From NCBI GenBank assembly GCA_016190055.1, contig JACPRH010000057.1, forward strand, positions 2,434-66,433: a DNA stretch of 64,000 bases. Direction: 5' to 3'. Source of the DNA: Nitrososphaerota archaeon (lineage in GTDB: Archaea > Thermoproteota > Nitrososphaeria > Nitrososphaerales > JACPRH01). The translations under genes and the position numbers were made by a program. The notes under the pieces are model-generated. The model saw only the letters and a program-made list of their open reading frames with translations, did no database searches and was not told the DNA's origin. Of the stretch, positions 27,878 to 36,762 are shown in pieces; position 1 is the first letter of the stretch; each line of letters opens with the position of its first letter.

Positions 27878-30145
27878 TCATCCGTCGGGGTCATCGTCGT
27901 ACTGGTTCTGCTTAATTTCCCAGAAACCTCCTTCCTCGCTTGCCACAACAAAGCTGTAGCCTTCCCCGTAGAAGCCTATTGCTTCACCCTGTTGGTTGGA
28001 GAAGCTTATGCGCCACTGCTTGGTTGGTGAAGTGAAGAAGTCAGCTACGTTGGTGGAGGTTGCGCTTCGCTCGATTATCCAGTGGTAGTTGCTTTGGTCG
28101 TTGATCAGCGCGAGTCTGCGTCCATCAGCTGAGATGTCGGCGCCTGTGATGTAGATGCCTCCAGTAAACTTACCCACGTAGTTCAGCGTGACAACTCGCG
28201 ATGAATCTAAGGTGGGGAATGCGTATACTTCTGTGTCCGACCGCTTCTGCACTAAGTATGGAGTGTCCTGCCAGATGAAAAGAGCCTCAGCGTCACGTGC
28301 TCCGTTAGGGTAGACAAACCTGTAAGCGATTGCCGCTGATGTGTTTGTTTCGCTACCGTAAGGGTCCGGCTCGTCAACCTTGTATAGCACGTAGCTGCTG
28401 TAGACTTCGTCGTTGTCACCTGTATCGCCTATCCATATGTGACCGCTTTCATCTATAGCAATTTCCTCCCAGTCGCGGTTAATTGCTCCAGACACCTCGA
28501 AGACACGTTTGGTGGCTCCTGTCCAATCGATAGCATAGAGGTACGCCGGGTTACCGGAGTCAGACATCATCCAATAAATTCCAGGATATGTTCTAGAGGC
28601 TACGATACCTGACCCTTCTGGCACATAATGGGTACCAAGGCTTGTTGGAGTTACTGAGAGCTCCGTCTCGCTAGTTGTGGTTGTCGTCGTAGTTGAAGTG
28701 GTGGTCGTAGTCGTGGTTGTAATAGTTGAGCTAGTCGTCGTAGTTGATGTAGTTGTAGTGGTGGTTGTGCTTCCGCTGGTAGCCGTGAACTTGTATGTTA
28801 CCTGCGCTATGCCCGTGCTCCACATGCCGTAGTATGTGCTGTTGCTTAGCAGTAGTACTCCGCCTGGCCCTGTCACCTGAACATTCTGTACTCCAGACGA
28901 GTGACCGCTGATCTCCTTGAATGTGACTGTATTGGCTCCTGTCACCACATACGTCGAGATGTCTAGTGAGTAGCCAGTGAACACACCGCTGTTCTGAGGT
29001 GTTTCACTTGCAGGCAGCGTAGATACTACCTGATTGTTAACTAGGACTGTGGCCTCATCCTTGTTGTCGTAGTCGTAGCCTTGGAAGCTTAGGGTGTATT
29101 GTCCATTGGGAGAAGAAGTGGTTGTTGTGGTCGTCGTAGTTGTAGTAGAAGAAGTTGTTGTAGTCGTTGTAGTGATGGTCGTAGTGGATGTTGATGTGCC
29201 GGTGTTGAAGTTGTAGCTTGCAGTGCTTGTACCACCTACCCATAGATCATTGCGCGTGTTGTCGCTAAGCAGCACTACTCCATTTGGCCCGGTTACCTGA
29301 ACAGCCTGTAATCCTGAAGAGTACTGGTTCTGTTTGAATGTAATGGTATTGGCGCCTGACACCACGTAACCAGATATGTCTATTGAGAAGCTCGCCCACG
29401 CATTGTTGTTCTGGGAAGCCCAAGATGCGGGGAGCGTAGCTACCGTTTGGTCGTTCACCAGTATAGTGACTTCGCTCTTGCTGTCATAGTCGTATCCTTG
29501 GAACGATAGTGTGTATGCACCGCTTGGCGGAGAAGTGGTTGTTGTGGTCGTCGTAGAAGTAGAAGTGGAAGAAGTCGTTGTGGTTGTAGTTGTAGTGGTA
29601 GTCGTAGTAGTGGTTGTGGTCGTGGTGTTGCTGGTTAGCGTTGTGGTGGATGTGCTGGTTGTAGCGGCAATGTTGAATTTGTATGTGAGGGGCTGTTTGG
29701 ATCTGCTTACCCAGATTTCGTAATAGGTACTGTTGCTGTAAACTTCGCCATCTGCATTCTTGATCACCACGTTTTTCACTCCTGAGGAGTAAATGTTCTG
29801 ACTGAAGGTTAACGTATTGGCGCCGTTCACTACTAATTCAGAGATGTCGAGTGAGTAGTTGACGAACTGGTCGCTGTTCATAGGAGAATTGCTTGATGGT
29901 AGCGCTGCAACTGGTTGGTTGTTGACCAAGATGGTCACCTCGCCCTTATTGTCGTAGTCGTAGCCTTGGAAGGATAGTGTGTAGGTTGGCGAACTGAAGG
30001 TGCTTATTGTTGGTTCAGTTGCGGGGGTAGAATTTGTGTAGTTGGTAGAGAGAAGCAGAGATACTGTAAGCATTGTAAGTAAAACTGCTGCCACTTTTGT
30101 AATTTTGATATATTTTTCTTTCTTCTGGATGGCTTGAAGCGACAA
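27878..30145 (-). CDS. membrane-anchored surface protein: 3 tandem ~105-aa modules separated by poly-Thr/Ser linkers, plus a C-terminal beta-propeller-like domain
   Basis: 755 aa with an N-terminal hydrophobic anchor (VAAVLLTMLTVSLLL). YTLSFQGYDYD occurs three times (aa 55, 211, 350). Thr/Ser linkers run 30-45 aa. The C-terminal ~255 aa (YWMMSDSGNP..., IWIGDTGDN..., GADISADGRRLAL) resembles phytase-like or SdiA-regulated propellers. Confidence 0.8.
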   Translation of the reverse strand: MSLQAIQKKEKYIKITKVAAVLLTMLTVSLLLSTNYTNSTPATEPTISTFSSPTYTLSFQGYDYDNKGEVTILVNNQPVAALPSSNSPMNSDQFVNYSLDISELVVNGANTLTFSQNIYSSGVKNVVIKNADGEVYSNSTYYEIWVSRSKQPLTYKFNIAATTSTSTTTLTSNTTTTTTTTTTTTTTTTTTSSTSTSTTTTTTTSPPSGAYTLSFQGYDYDSKSEVTILVNDQTVATLPASWASQNNNAWASFSIDISGYVVSGANTITFKQNQYSSGLQAVQVTGPNGVVLLSDNTRNDLWVGGTSTASYNFNTGTSTSTTTITTTTTTTSSTTTTTTTTTTSSPNGQYTLSFQGYDYDNKDEATVLVNNQVVSTLPASETPQNSGVFTGYSLDISTYVVTGANTVTFKEISGHSSGVQNVQVTGPGGVLLLSNSTYYGMWSTGIAQVTYKFTATSGSTTTTTTTSTTTTSSTITTTTTTTTSTTTTTTTSETELSVTPTSLGTHYVPEGSGIVASRTYPGIYWMMSDSGNPAYLYAIDWTGATKRVFEVSGAINRDWEEIAIDESGHIWIGDTGDNDEVYSSYVLYKVDEPDPYGSETNTSAAIAYRFVYPNGARDAEALFIWQDTPYLVQKRSDTEVYAFPTLDSSRVVTLNYVGKFTGGIYITGADISADGRRLALINDQSNYHWIIERSATSTNVADFFTSPTKQWRISFSNQQGEAIGFYGEGYSFVVASEEGGFWEIKQNQYDDDPDG
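28781..29983 (-). repeat. three in-frame tandem copies of a ~105-aa coding module (approx. 29672-29983, 29204-29515, 28781-29098)
   Basis: The Tyr codon that opens the YTLSFQGYDYD motif sits at 29981-83, 29513-15 and 29096-98. The motif is followed each time by EVTILVNNQ..LP...Y/FS(L/I)DIS.(L/Y)VV.GANT(L/I/V)TF...SSG(V/L)Q.V.V. Confidence 0.8.
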
Positions 30146-30349
30146 ACTTTATCGGTTAGTCGAGTAGTACACTTCTGAATTATTATAAGTCACGTGTACC
30201 GCTTAATACGACATAACACAAATTAACATATACTGTGTCTATCTATCCGAATAATAGAAGAAATATCGGGACTAAGCCTTCAAAATATAGGATACCGGTT
30301 GAGGATGTTATCAATAATATTCCGTGCGCTATTCTTATGTCAGACTAGA

Positions 30350-31615
30350 TCATAATGTGAAGTCGGACTTTAGAACGCCGATTAGGTATCGTTCACGTTG
30401 CGTGGCCACAAATATTGCAGAGAGTAGAGATTTATCCTGTTCCGTCTGCTCTACTCCTCTCCGCATCATCATTCGTCGCTGCGTTTCAGAGGCTGAGTCT
30501 AGCTTAAGTTCGAAGTTCTTCCCAGAGATGTTTTTGGCGTAGATTGTGAAACTTGGAACGTCTTCAGTGATATAGCCGTGTATCTGGGAGGAGACACCGA
30601 TACGCCTCCCGGTGTAGATGAAGCAGCCGATTGAGGTCTTTGCGTAATCTCCTACGAAACAACCAACCTTGATGCTTCCGGTGTCCACCCGAGCGCTCCC
30701 TAGACTCATTCTGATTGTGCCATAGGTGTTCTTAAGATCTGAATTGGACGTGCCGGCGCCAATATTCACCCATTCACCGATGTATGAGTGACCGATGAAC
30801 CCGTCATGAGCCTTGTTTGAACAATGATCTATTATTGTGGCTTCAACTTCTCCGCCTACTCTGCACTGATCTCCGATACTGGTTCCGCCGCTAACTCTGG
30901 CTGATCTTATCTGGGCTCGACGTCCAATGTACACCGGCCCCTCAACTCTCGTGAAGGAGCGAATCTCCGCGTCTTCACCGATAATAATTGGGCCGCCTCG
31001 GACGTCAAATGTCACTGAGGGCTCTACCTTTGCATTCCCTTCGAACAACAGATTTTTACGTTGACCTAGAACGAAGCATCCGTCTAAAGAGGGACTGTCG
31101 TCACCGTTCGGAAATGACTCTGCCTGATGTTTAATTGCATCAGGATTCCTTTCGATAAGCTGCCACGGATACCGGATCAAGAGTGATTCTGGAAGGTCTA
31201 TGCGCTTCAGGCTGCTGAGAGTCTTCAGGTTTTCGCCGATGGTTTTGCTTTGGAGCATCTTGTCGGCGTCTTTATGGTTAAGCCTCGCTGCGACTAGATG
31301 GTCGCCCGTGAAGGCCGCGAAGGCTTCGTCCTGTTTTATCAGGGCTGCAACCTGTTGTGTTGGGTTGAGGAGTCCGTTGATGAAGAGTAACATGTTCTCT
31401 TCAGTGCGGCTGGGGTTGATCTCTCTTCTGCATCGCTGCTTTGTGATGCCCTCCAAGTATGGTCGTACTTTAAGCGTATAATCGCTTAGACCTAATGTTT
31501 CAACTAGGTTCTGCAGAAGAGATTTGGTGCCGAGTGTGAGTTCGAAGGCAGGTCGGGTGAGCGTGAGCGGCGCGAAGTTTAGTGTTGTGTCATCTTCAAA
31601 GATGACGGCGCGCAT
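30350..31615 (-). CDS. sugar nucleotidyltransferase-like protein with a C-terminal left-handed beta-helix (GlmU-like)
   Basis: 421 aa. N-terminus MRAVIFEDD..LNFAPLTLTRPAFEL. The C-terminal half carries hexapeptide repeats (IGRRAQIRSARVSGGTSIGDQCRVGGEVEATII...). Confidence 0.65.
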   Translation of the reverse strand: MRAVIFEDDTTLNFAPLTLTRPAFELTLGTKSLLQNLVETLGLSDYTLKVRPYLEGITKQRCRREINPSRTEENMLLFINGLLNPTQQVAALIKQDEAFAAFTGDHLVAARLNHKDADKMLQSKTIGENLKTLSSLKRIDLPESLLIRYPWQLIERNPDAIKHQAESFPNGDDSPSLDGCFVLGQRKNLLFEGNAKVEPSVTFDVRGGPIIIGEDAEIRSFTRVEGPVYIGRRAQIRSARVSGGTSIGDQCRVGGEVEATIIDHCSNKAHDGFIGHSYIGEWVNIGAGTSNSDLKNTYGTIRMSLGSARVDTGSIKVGCFVGDYAKTSIGCFIYTGRRIGVSSQIHGYITEDVPSFTIYAKNISGKNFELKLDSASETQRRMMMRRGVEQTEQDKSLLSAIFVATQRERYLIGVLKSDFTL

Positions 31616-31639
31616 CTTCGTCCTCTCCTCCGCATCCCT

Positions 31640-32368
31640 TTAGAGAACCTTACCGAGTCTGCTGGTGAAGAGCCGGTTTGACTCCTCGTAGCTCTCCATA
31701 TCACCTATGTCGATGAACTCGCCGGTGGTCTCGTAACCGTAGACGCGTTCCCCGGCTTCGACTGCTTTTTTGAAGGCCATATCCATGCCGTACATCTGTT
31801 TTTCAGGGATGTAGTTGAGAAACTCAGGCTCCATTACGTAGCAACCTATGTTGATGAGCCCTTCCATCTCAGGCTTCTCCCGCCAACCTTTCACCTCGCC
31901 GTTCGGACCGGTGTCTATGAAGCCGTATTTCATAGAGGTCTTGTACCGCTTCAGAACAATCGTGGCTAACGCTCGATTCTTCTGGTGGAATGAGATGGTG
32001 TCGCTGAGATCGAAGTTGTAGACTGAGTCACCGTAGATGCATACGAAGCGGGAGTCCAGATGCTTTTGTGTGGTCTTTAGCTGCCCAGCGGTTCCAAGAG
32101 GATGGGCAAGCCGGCAGTATGTGATTTTGACATCGTACTCCCGACCATCATCAAAGTAATCCTCAATTGACTTTCGAAGATAACTAACTGAAATCACAAT
32201 CTCTTTGACACCGTGGTCTCGCAGCCATTCAATAGTATACTGTAGCAGAGGCTTCTCCGCCAACGGAAGCATCGGCTTAGGTACAAACAGGGTGTACGGC
32301 CTAAGTCTCGTGCCGAGTCCTCCTGCGAGAATAACGGCCTTCAAGTTACTGGGGCCCATCGGTATCAC
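31640..32368 (-). CDS. NDP-sugar pyrophosphorylase (glucose/mannose-1-phosphate nucleotidyltransferase family)
   Basis: 242 aa: KAVILAGGLGTRLRPYTLFVPKPMLPL signature and YGDSV. Confidence 0.85.
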   Translation of the reverse strand: MIPMGPSNLKAVILAGGLGTRLRPYTLFVPKPMLPLAEKPLLQYTIEWLRDHGVKEIVISVSYLRKSIEDYFDDGREYDVKITYCRLAHPLGTAGQLKTTQKHLDSRFVCIYGDSVYNFDLSDTISFHQKNRALATIVLKRYKTSMKYGFIDTGPNGEVKGWREKPEMEGLINIGCYVMEPEFLNYIPEKQMYGMDMAFKKAVEAGERVYGYETTGEFIDIGDMESYEESNRLFTSRLGKVL

Positions 32369-32439
32369 TTCGAAGTGCTACCTACCCGCTATAAAGTTAA
32401 CCCTTACTAGGCGGTTGGTGGTAGTTAACTGGATGCTTC

Positions 32440-33354
32440 TCACTTTGCTAAGGGATAGAGCAGGACATCCAAAATTAGCACTAGGAAGATTAGACCGAGA
32501 TATGGGCTTGAGGCTTTGAAAACTATCCAGGAAACTTCTTGCGTCGGCTTGATGAAGAGCCAGAAACTTAACGCTAGCACAATTATGCCGAGAGCTAGCG
32601 CCGAGTAGATGTATAGAGGCCCTAGAGGTGCAAATGCTGGCGCGAGGAAACTAAAGACAACCATGAGAATAGTGGCTAATGCTATTATTCGAACGGAGGT
32701 CTTCTCACCCACTACAACTGGGAGCATCGGCACATTGACCTTCGAGTAATCCTCTTTGCTGTGTAGAGCCAGACTCCAGATGTGGATCGGTGTCCAGACT
32801 ACTACAAGCGCAGCCATAAACAGGGCTAGGATTGAGATGCTGTTTGCGACCGCGGCGTAACCGATCAGCACCGGCATTCCACCGGAGAAGCTGCCCAAGA
32901 TTATGTTAGCAGGGTTCCTACGCTTCAATAAGCGACTATAGATTACGACGTTGTCGAAAATACCGAGAAACATTAAGATGAGACATAAGGGATTGATTAA
33001 GGCCGCAAGCACAAGTGAGAGGGCGCACAACGCTATCCCGAAGTACAGTGCATGGGACGCAGGTTGAATGCGTTGAGTTGGTAGAGGTCTAAGCCTCGTT
33101 CTATTCATTACCGCATCAATGTCTCTATCTATGTAGTTGGTCAGCGTGTTTGAGCCGGCTGAGCCGAGCGTGACAGCCACCAGCATCAGCACGGTGGTGA
33201 ACCAGGGTATGTTCCGGCCGGAGGCTACTATCAGCCCGCCTAATGCGGTGAATACTAGAAGCACCCATATCTTAGGCTTCGTTACTTCGAAGTAGGTGGA
33301 GACGGCACTCATTCTTGATACTCTGGAACGAGGCTTCTCCGTTTTCTGTAACAT
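32440..33354 (-). CDS. ctaB: protoheme IX farnesyltransferase (heme O synthase, UbiA family)
   Basis: 304 aa: YFEVTKPKIWVLLVFTALGG and NYIDRDIDAVMNRTRLRPLP, with ~8 TM helices. Confidence 0.85.
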   Translation of the reverse strand: MLQKTEKPRSRVSRMSAVSTYFEVTKPKIWVLLVFTALGGLIVASGRNIPWFTTVLMLVAVTLGSAGSNTLTNYIDRDIDAVMNRTRLRPLPTQRIQPASHALYFGIALCALSLVLAALINPLCLILMFLGIFDNVVIYSRLLKRRNPANIILGSFSGGMPVLIGYAAVANSISILALFMAALVVVWTPIHIWSLALHSKEDYSKVNVPMLPVVVGEKTSVRIIALATILMVVFSFLAPAFAPLGPLYIYSALALGIIVLALSFWLFIKPTQEVSWIVFKASSPYLGLIFLVLILDVLLYPLAK

Positions 33355-33390
33355 ATAACAGTATTGTGAAGTTAGTAGTAGTGAGTGTGC

Positions 33391-33708
33391 TTACTTGGCT
33401 GATTTTTCGAGCGCCTTCCGCACGTCCTCGCGGAGCTCCTCGTCGCTCTTTCCTTCGACCGGTATTCCGAGGGAGGTTGCTGCATTCTCGAGCTTTTCCC
33501 GTTCAGGTTGTTTCTTTGCGCTTTCGTGGCCTTTACGTATCTCCTCTTCGGTCTCGACCTTGCCTTTCTCGAATTCGCCTCGTGCGCGACCGACGGAGCG
33601 TGCCAGCTCAGGAATTTTCTTTGCACCAAAGAGCAGAACTACTACTACGATTATCAGGATAATCCATTCCTGGCCTTGGACACCGAACTGAAGTGGATTA
33701 AGTAACAT
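33391..33708 (-). CDS. tatA: twin-arginine translocase TatA/E family protein
   Basis: 105 aa. One N-terminal TM helix followed by LLFGAKKIPELARSVGRARGEFEKG. Confidence 0.8.
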   Translation of the reverse strand: MLLNPLQFGVQGQEWIILIIVVVVLLFGAKKIPELARSVGRARGEFEKGKVETEEEIRKGHESAKKQPEREKLENAATSLGIPVEGKSDEELREDVRKALEKSAK

Positions 33709-33727
33709 CCTTCTTTCTCACCTATAC

Positions 33728-34219
33728 CTACTTTGCCGCACTATTATCTTTTTTCCTTCGCGGCCTCGACGTTTTTGCAGGACTTTTCCCTTTAGCCTTT
33801 GTTGTCCGCTGTCTTTTAGATGGACGCTCGGATAGGGTCTCGCTCTTCTCAGAGGTCACTTCGGGCGTGGTGATGGTTGTTGTCGTTGAAGCAGTTACAT
33901 CAGGTGTAGGAACGGCGGTCACTGTTGCTGTTACAGGAGCTGTCATCGCAGGGGCTGGAGATGGGGCAGGTAGAGGTGTAGCTGCAACAGGGGTGGTATC
34001 GTGTTGCCCAACTTTGGGAGGGTTGTTGTATGAAGCGGCTGTCGCGGCTCTGATTTCGCGTTCAACCTCTGCTCGTCCTCGCTGGAACTCGCCCATAGCT
34101 TTTCCGAGAGCTCGTGAGAGCTCTGGGAGCTTCTGAGAGCCAAATAGCAGGAAAACTACGAGGAAGACAATCCATATCCACTCCGTTCCTATAATCTGTA
34201 AGGAAGTATTCAGCGGCAT
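33728..34219 (-). CDS. tatA: TatA/E family protein with a long Thr/Ala/Pro-rich and basic C-terminal tail
   Basis: 163 aa: LLFGSQKLPELSRALGKAMGEFQRG after one TM helix. The tail reads PAPSPAPAMTAPVTATVTAVPTP...KGKSPAKTSRPRRKK. Confidence 0.75.
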   Translation of the reverse strand: MPLNTSLQIIGTEWIWIVFLVVFLLFGSQKLPELSRALGKAMGEFQRGRAEVEREIRAATAASYNNPPKVGQHDTTPVAATPLPAPSPAPAMTAPVTATVTAVPTPDVTASTTTTITTPEVTSEKSETLSERPSKRQRTTKAKGKSPAKTSRPRRKKDNSAAK

Positions 34220-34257
34220 TCGTTTGACCAGTATTAAAAAGGGGTATGCTTATTCCT

Positions 34258-35064
34258 TTAAACTTTTCCTTCGGGCTTCTTGACGGATTGCTTGATGATA
34301 ACGTAGGCGACTAAGTAGAGAAGCATCATTGGGCCGGCTACGAACCACATTGTGAGTCCGCTTCCGTCAGGAGTTATGAGTGCCCCGTAGATTGCGAGAG
34401 CTACAACCACGTAGGTTACGTTTTTTCGCCAGAAAGTTACGTCCACAACGCCTGAGACTGTGAGGAGCCACATTATGATGGGCAGCTCGAAGGAGAGCCC
34501 GAAGGCAGTGGTGAAGAGGAGGACAAAGCTGATGAACTCATCTATGGTGATGAATGTTACATCGACCATGCCGAAGCCGTATCGATAGAGAAAGTCTATT
34601 GTGAACGGCGTGATGTAGACATAAGAGAAGACTGCGCCAGCGATGAAGAGTAAGGTAGCTGGGAGAACCACTTTAAGGATCCGCTTCCGCTCCTGCGGAT
34701 AGAGTGCAGGACCAATGAAGCCCGCGAGCTCCCATACAATCACAGGCATGCCTATCACGATGCCTAGGAATAGGGAGAAGTATATCTGCGCTGCAATAGC
34801 TTGCCCAGGCTGAGTTTGAACCACTTGAACATAGCTGGGTAAAAGATCTTTCTCCATTCTACTCAATGCTTGATTAGCAAGGTTCTCGAACGGGTCAGGA
34901 TATGGAAGAAGCACCGTTACGCCCCGAATGGTAAACTCTCTGATGGCGAAAGTGAAGGAGAAGAAGGTGATCCCGCCTACAGCTATCATTATTCGTACTA
35001 GCCGTCGACGAAGCTCATCAATATGCTCAAGGAGCGACATTTCCTTACCGGACAACCTGCTCAC
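34258..35064 (-). CDS. tatC: twin-arginine translocase subunit TatC
   Basis: 268 aa: MSLLEHIDELRRRLV start, six TM helices and the typical PALYPQE loop. Confidence 0.9.
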   Translation of the reverse strand: MSRLSGKEMSLLEHIDELRRRLVRIMIAVGGITFFSFTFAIREFTIRGVTVLLPYPDPFENLANQALSRMEKDLLPSYVQVVQTQPGQAIAAQIYFSLFLGIVIGMPVIVWELAGFIGPALYPQERKRILKVVLPATLLFIAGAVFSYVYITPFTIDFLYRYGFGMVDVTFITIDEFISFVLLFTTAFGLSFELPIIMWLLTVSGVVDVTFWRKNVTYVVVALAIYGALITPDGSGLTMWFVAGPMMLLYLVAYVIIKQSVKKPEGKV

Positions 35065-35260
35065 CTCCCCGTCTCACTCAGTCGGCACATCTCTGCCAGA
35101 TCGCCCACTTATATCGATTGTATTTGATCAGATGGTTAAGATACACTTAAACTGAGAAGTCAGGGCTGTTCAAAATGCTGGACACGCAGGCCTAAACGTG
35201 TTCTAAAGACTAGGCTTTACTCATCCCATAATCAGTATCCAGTAGGAGGCAAATCAGAAA

Positions 35261-35656
35261 TTGGAGCCGTATAAAATATGGCTGCTGCCATTAATCGTCA
35301 CAGCTGTAATAGGTGTAACTCTGGCGTACAGTGCTTTAGCAGCACCGGATTCAGACACAAGTGGATCCGCTACAGAGATAGCGATGAGATTTCTGCTTGA
35401 AAAAAGCCCAACGTACCTTTATGATGGGATATCGGGTCGAGTCAGCGCCGGATCTCTAGTGAGTCTTGGAGACAGAGGCTGGGAGGTCACGCTTCTATTC
35501 ACGTCGAGAACAGCAGGATACGGAGATAGATCTGGACAGATGACTGCGCAAGTATTAGCTAATCATTCGATACGTATAGTTGTTGCTCTTGACGGCGCTA
35601 TCACGTCAGCAGTCATAGACGGTGCGTGGAACGAGCTAAGTCAAAAGCCACTGTAA
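35261..35656 (+). CDS. small exported or membrane-anchored hypothetical protein
   Basis: 131 aa, TTG start, with an N-terminal hydrophobic segment (WLLPLIVTAVIGVTLAYSALA) and then a compact domain. No family recognised. Confidence 0.45.
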   Translation: MEPYKIWLLPLIVTAVIGVTLAYSALAAPDSDTSGSATEIAMRFLLEKSPTYLYDGISGRVSAGSLVSLGDRGWEVTLLFTSRTAGYGDRSGQMTAQVLANHSIRIVVALDGAITSAVIDGAWNELSQKPL

Positions 35657-35907
35657 GCAGCAAGTTAAGCGTGTTAGAGTGAGAAAGGTTATGCTTTATC
35701 GCTCACGCTCACTTCTTTGCCTTTCTCAGGTTTTAGTTAGTTTTTCTTGCCTTATTTATGTGCGTGTGAGTGGGAGCCACGTAGAAGCAGATTTGTTAAT
35801 GATTACAAATTAGATATATTATATTGTTACATAACAGTTATGTGTGCAGACATTAAACAAATATCTACGCAATTCTTATATTGTTCTTCAACAATCCAGA
35901 TAGCGAA

Positions 35908-36762
35908 ATGAGTAGTAGGAGGAACTTCATAAAGGTTGGAGCAGCGGCCGTTGCTGGCGCCGCAGTCGCTTCTGCGGTTGAGATACCTTTGATGACAACT
36001 CAAGTTCAGCAAAAGGATCAAGCGCTGCAGCAGAAGGAGCAGACGATCACCCAGCTCCAAAGTCAAGCCGAAGAGACATCGAGGTTAACAGGCTTCCTAA
36101 GCCTAACTCCGAAGCAGAGGGAAATGGTTGAAGCCATCGCGGAAACGATGATACCGACTGACAACAATGGCGCAGGTGCAAAAGAAGCTGGTGTAATCTA
36201 CTTTATCGATCGCCATTTAGCTGGAAGTTACGGCAAAAGCGGAAACATGTATTTACAAGGGCCATTTGTTCCTCCGAATCAAACCGGGCCTATCACCGTA
36301 GAGGGGCAAACCTACCCTAAAGGCACCATCTCAGCTAGAATCAACGCGGGAACAGGTTACCAATATCCCTTCACATTGAAGGAGTATTGGCGGCGAGGAC
36401 TCGAATATCTCGACGCGTATTCAAGGAGTGCATATGGCGGAACCTTTGAAAACTTAGAAGCAGATCAGCGGACCTTGGTTCTTCAGGATCTCTGGGATAA
36501 TAAGCCCACCAATTTCGACGGTCCTACACCGCGAGAGTTCTTCTATGAACTTCACGACATGATGACTGCAGGGTTCTTTACAGACCCGCTCTACGGTGGA
36601 AACCGGGGTATGGTGAGCTGGGAACTAACAGGCTATGCTGGAACGAATGACGGCGCATCCGAGGGTTTCACGCTGCCGCAGCTAATGGTGATGGATGAGC
36701 CGCAGCGGCTGAAGCCGATGAGTCTAGCGGATATTCAGCAAGGAGGGTCGAGTCATGCCTGA
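35908..36762 (+). CDS. gluconate 2-dehydrogenase subunit 3 family protein with a Tat signal
   Basis: MSSRRNFIKVGAAAVAGAAVASA twin-arginine signal. LSLTPKQREMVEAIAETMIPTD and FTDPLYGGN motifs mark this family. Overlaps the GMC gene by 8 nt. Confidence 0.75.
   Translation: MSSRRNFIKVGAAAVAGAAVASAVEIPLMTTQVQQKDQALQQKEQTITQLQSQAEETSRLTGFLSLTPKQREMVEAIAETMIPTDNNGAGAKEAGVIYFIDRHLAGSYGKSGNMYLQGPFVPPNQTGPITVEGQTYPKGTISARINAGTGYQYPFTLKEYWRRGLEYLDAYSRSAYGGTFENLEADQRTLVLQDLWDNKPTNFDGPTPREFFYELHDMMTAGFFTDPLYGGNRGMVSWELTGYAGTNDGASEGFTLPQLMVMDEPQRLKPMSLADIQQGGSSHA

Noticed and set aside
28670-29660. Runs of GTNGTNGTN on the plus strand that at first looked like tandem DNA repeats or an array
   Set aside because: They are the reverse complement of mixed ACN (Thr) and AGY/TCN (Ser) codons in the linkers of the 755-aa surface protein. 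There are no spacer-repeat periodicity, no identical units and no CRISPR features. The Val-rich ORF 29511-29723 is the antisense artefact.
33372-33705. Four overlapping ORFs on both strands around 33.4-33.7 kb
   Set aside because: Only the 33391-33708 minus-strand frame gives the TatA TM helix plus amphipathic-helix signature. The others are alternative-frame artefacts of a charged, low-complexity coding region.
35820-35850. Imperfect palindrome ATTGTTACATAACAGT upstream of the Tat-dependent oxidoreductase operon
   Set aside because: Only 12 of 16 positions are symmetric, and the background is AT-rich. This cannot be distinguished from chance without comparative data.
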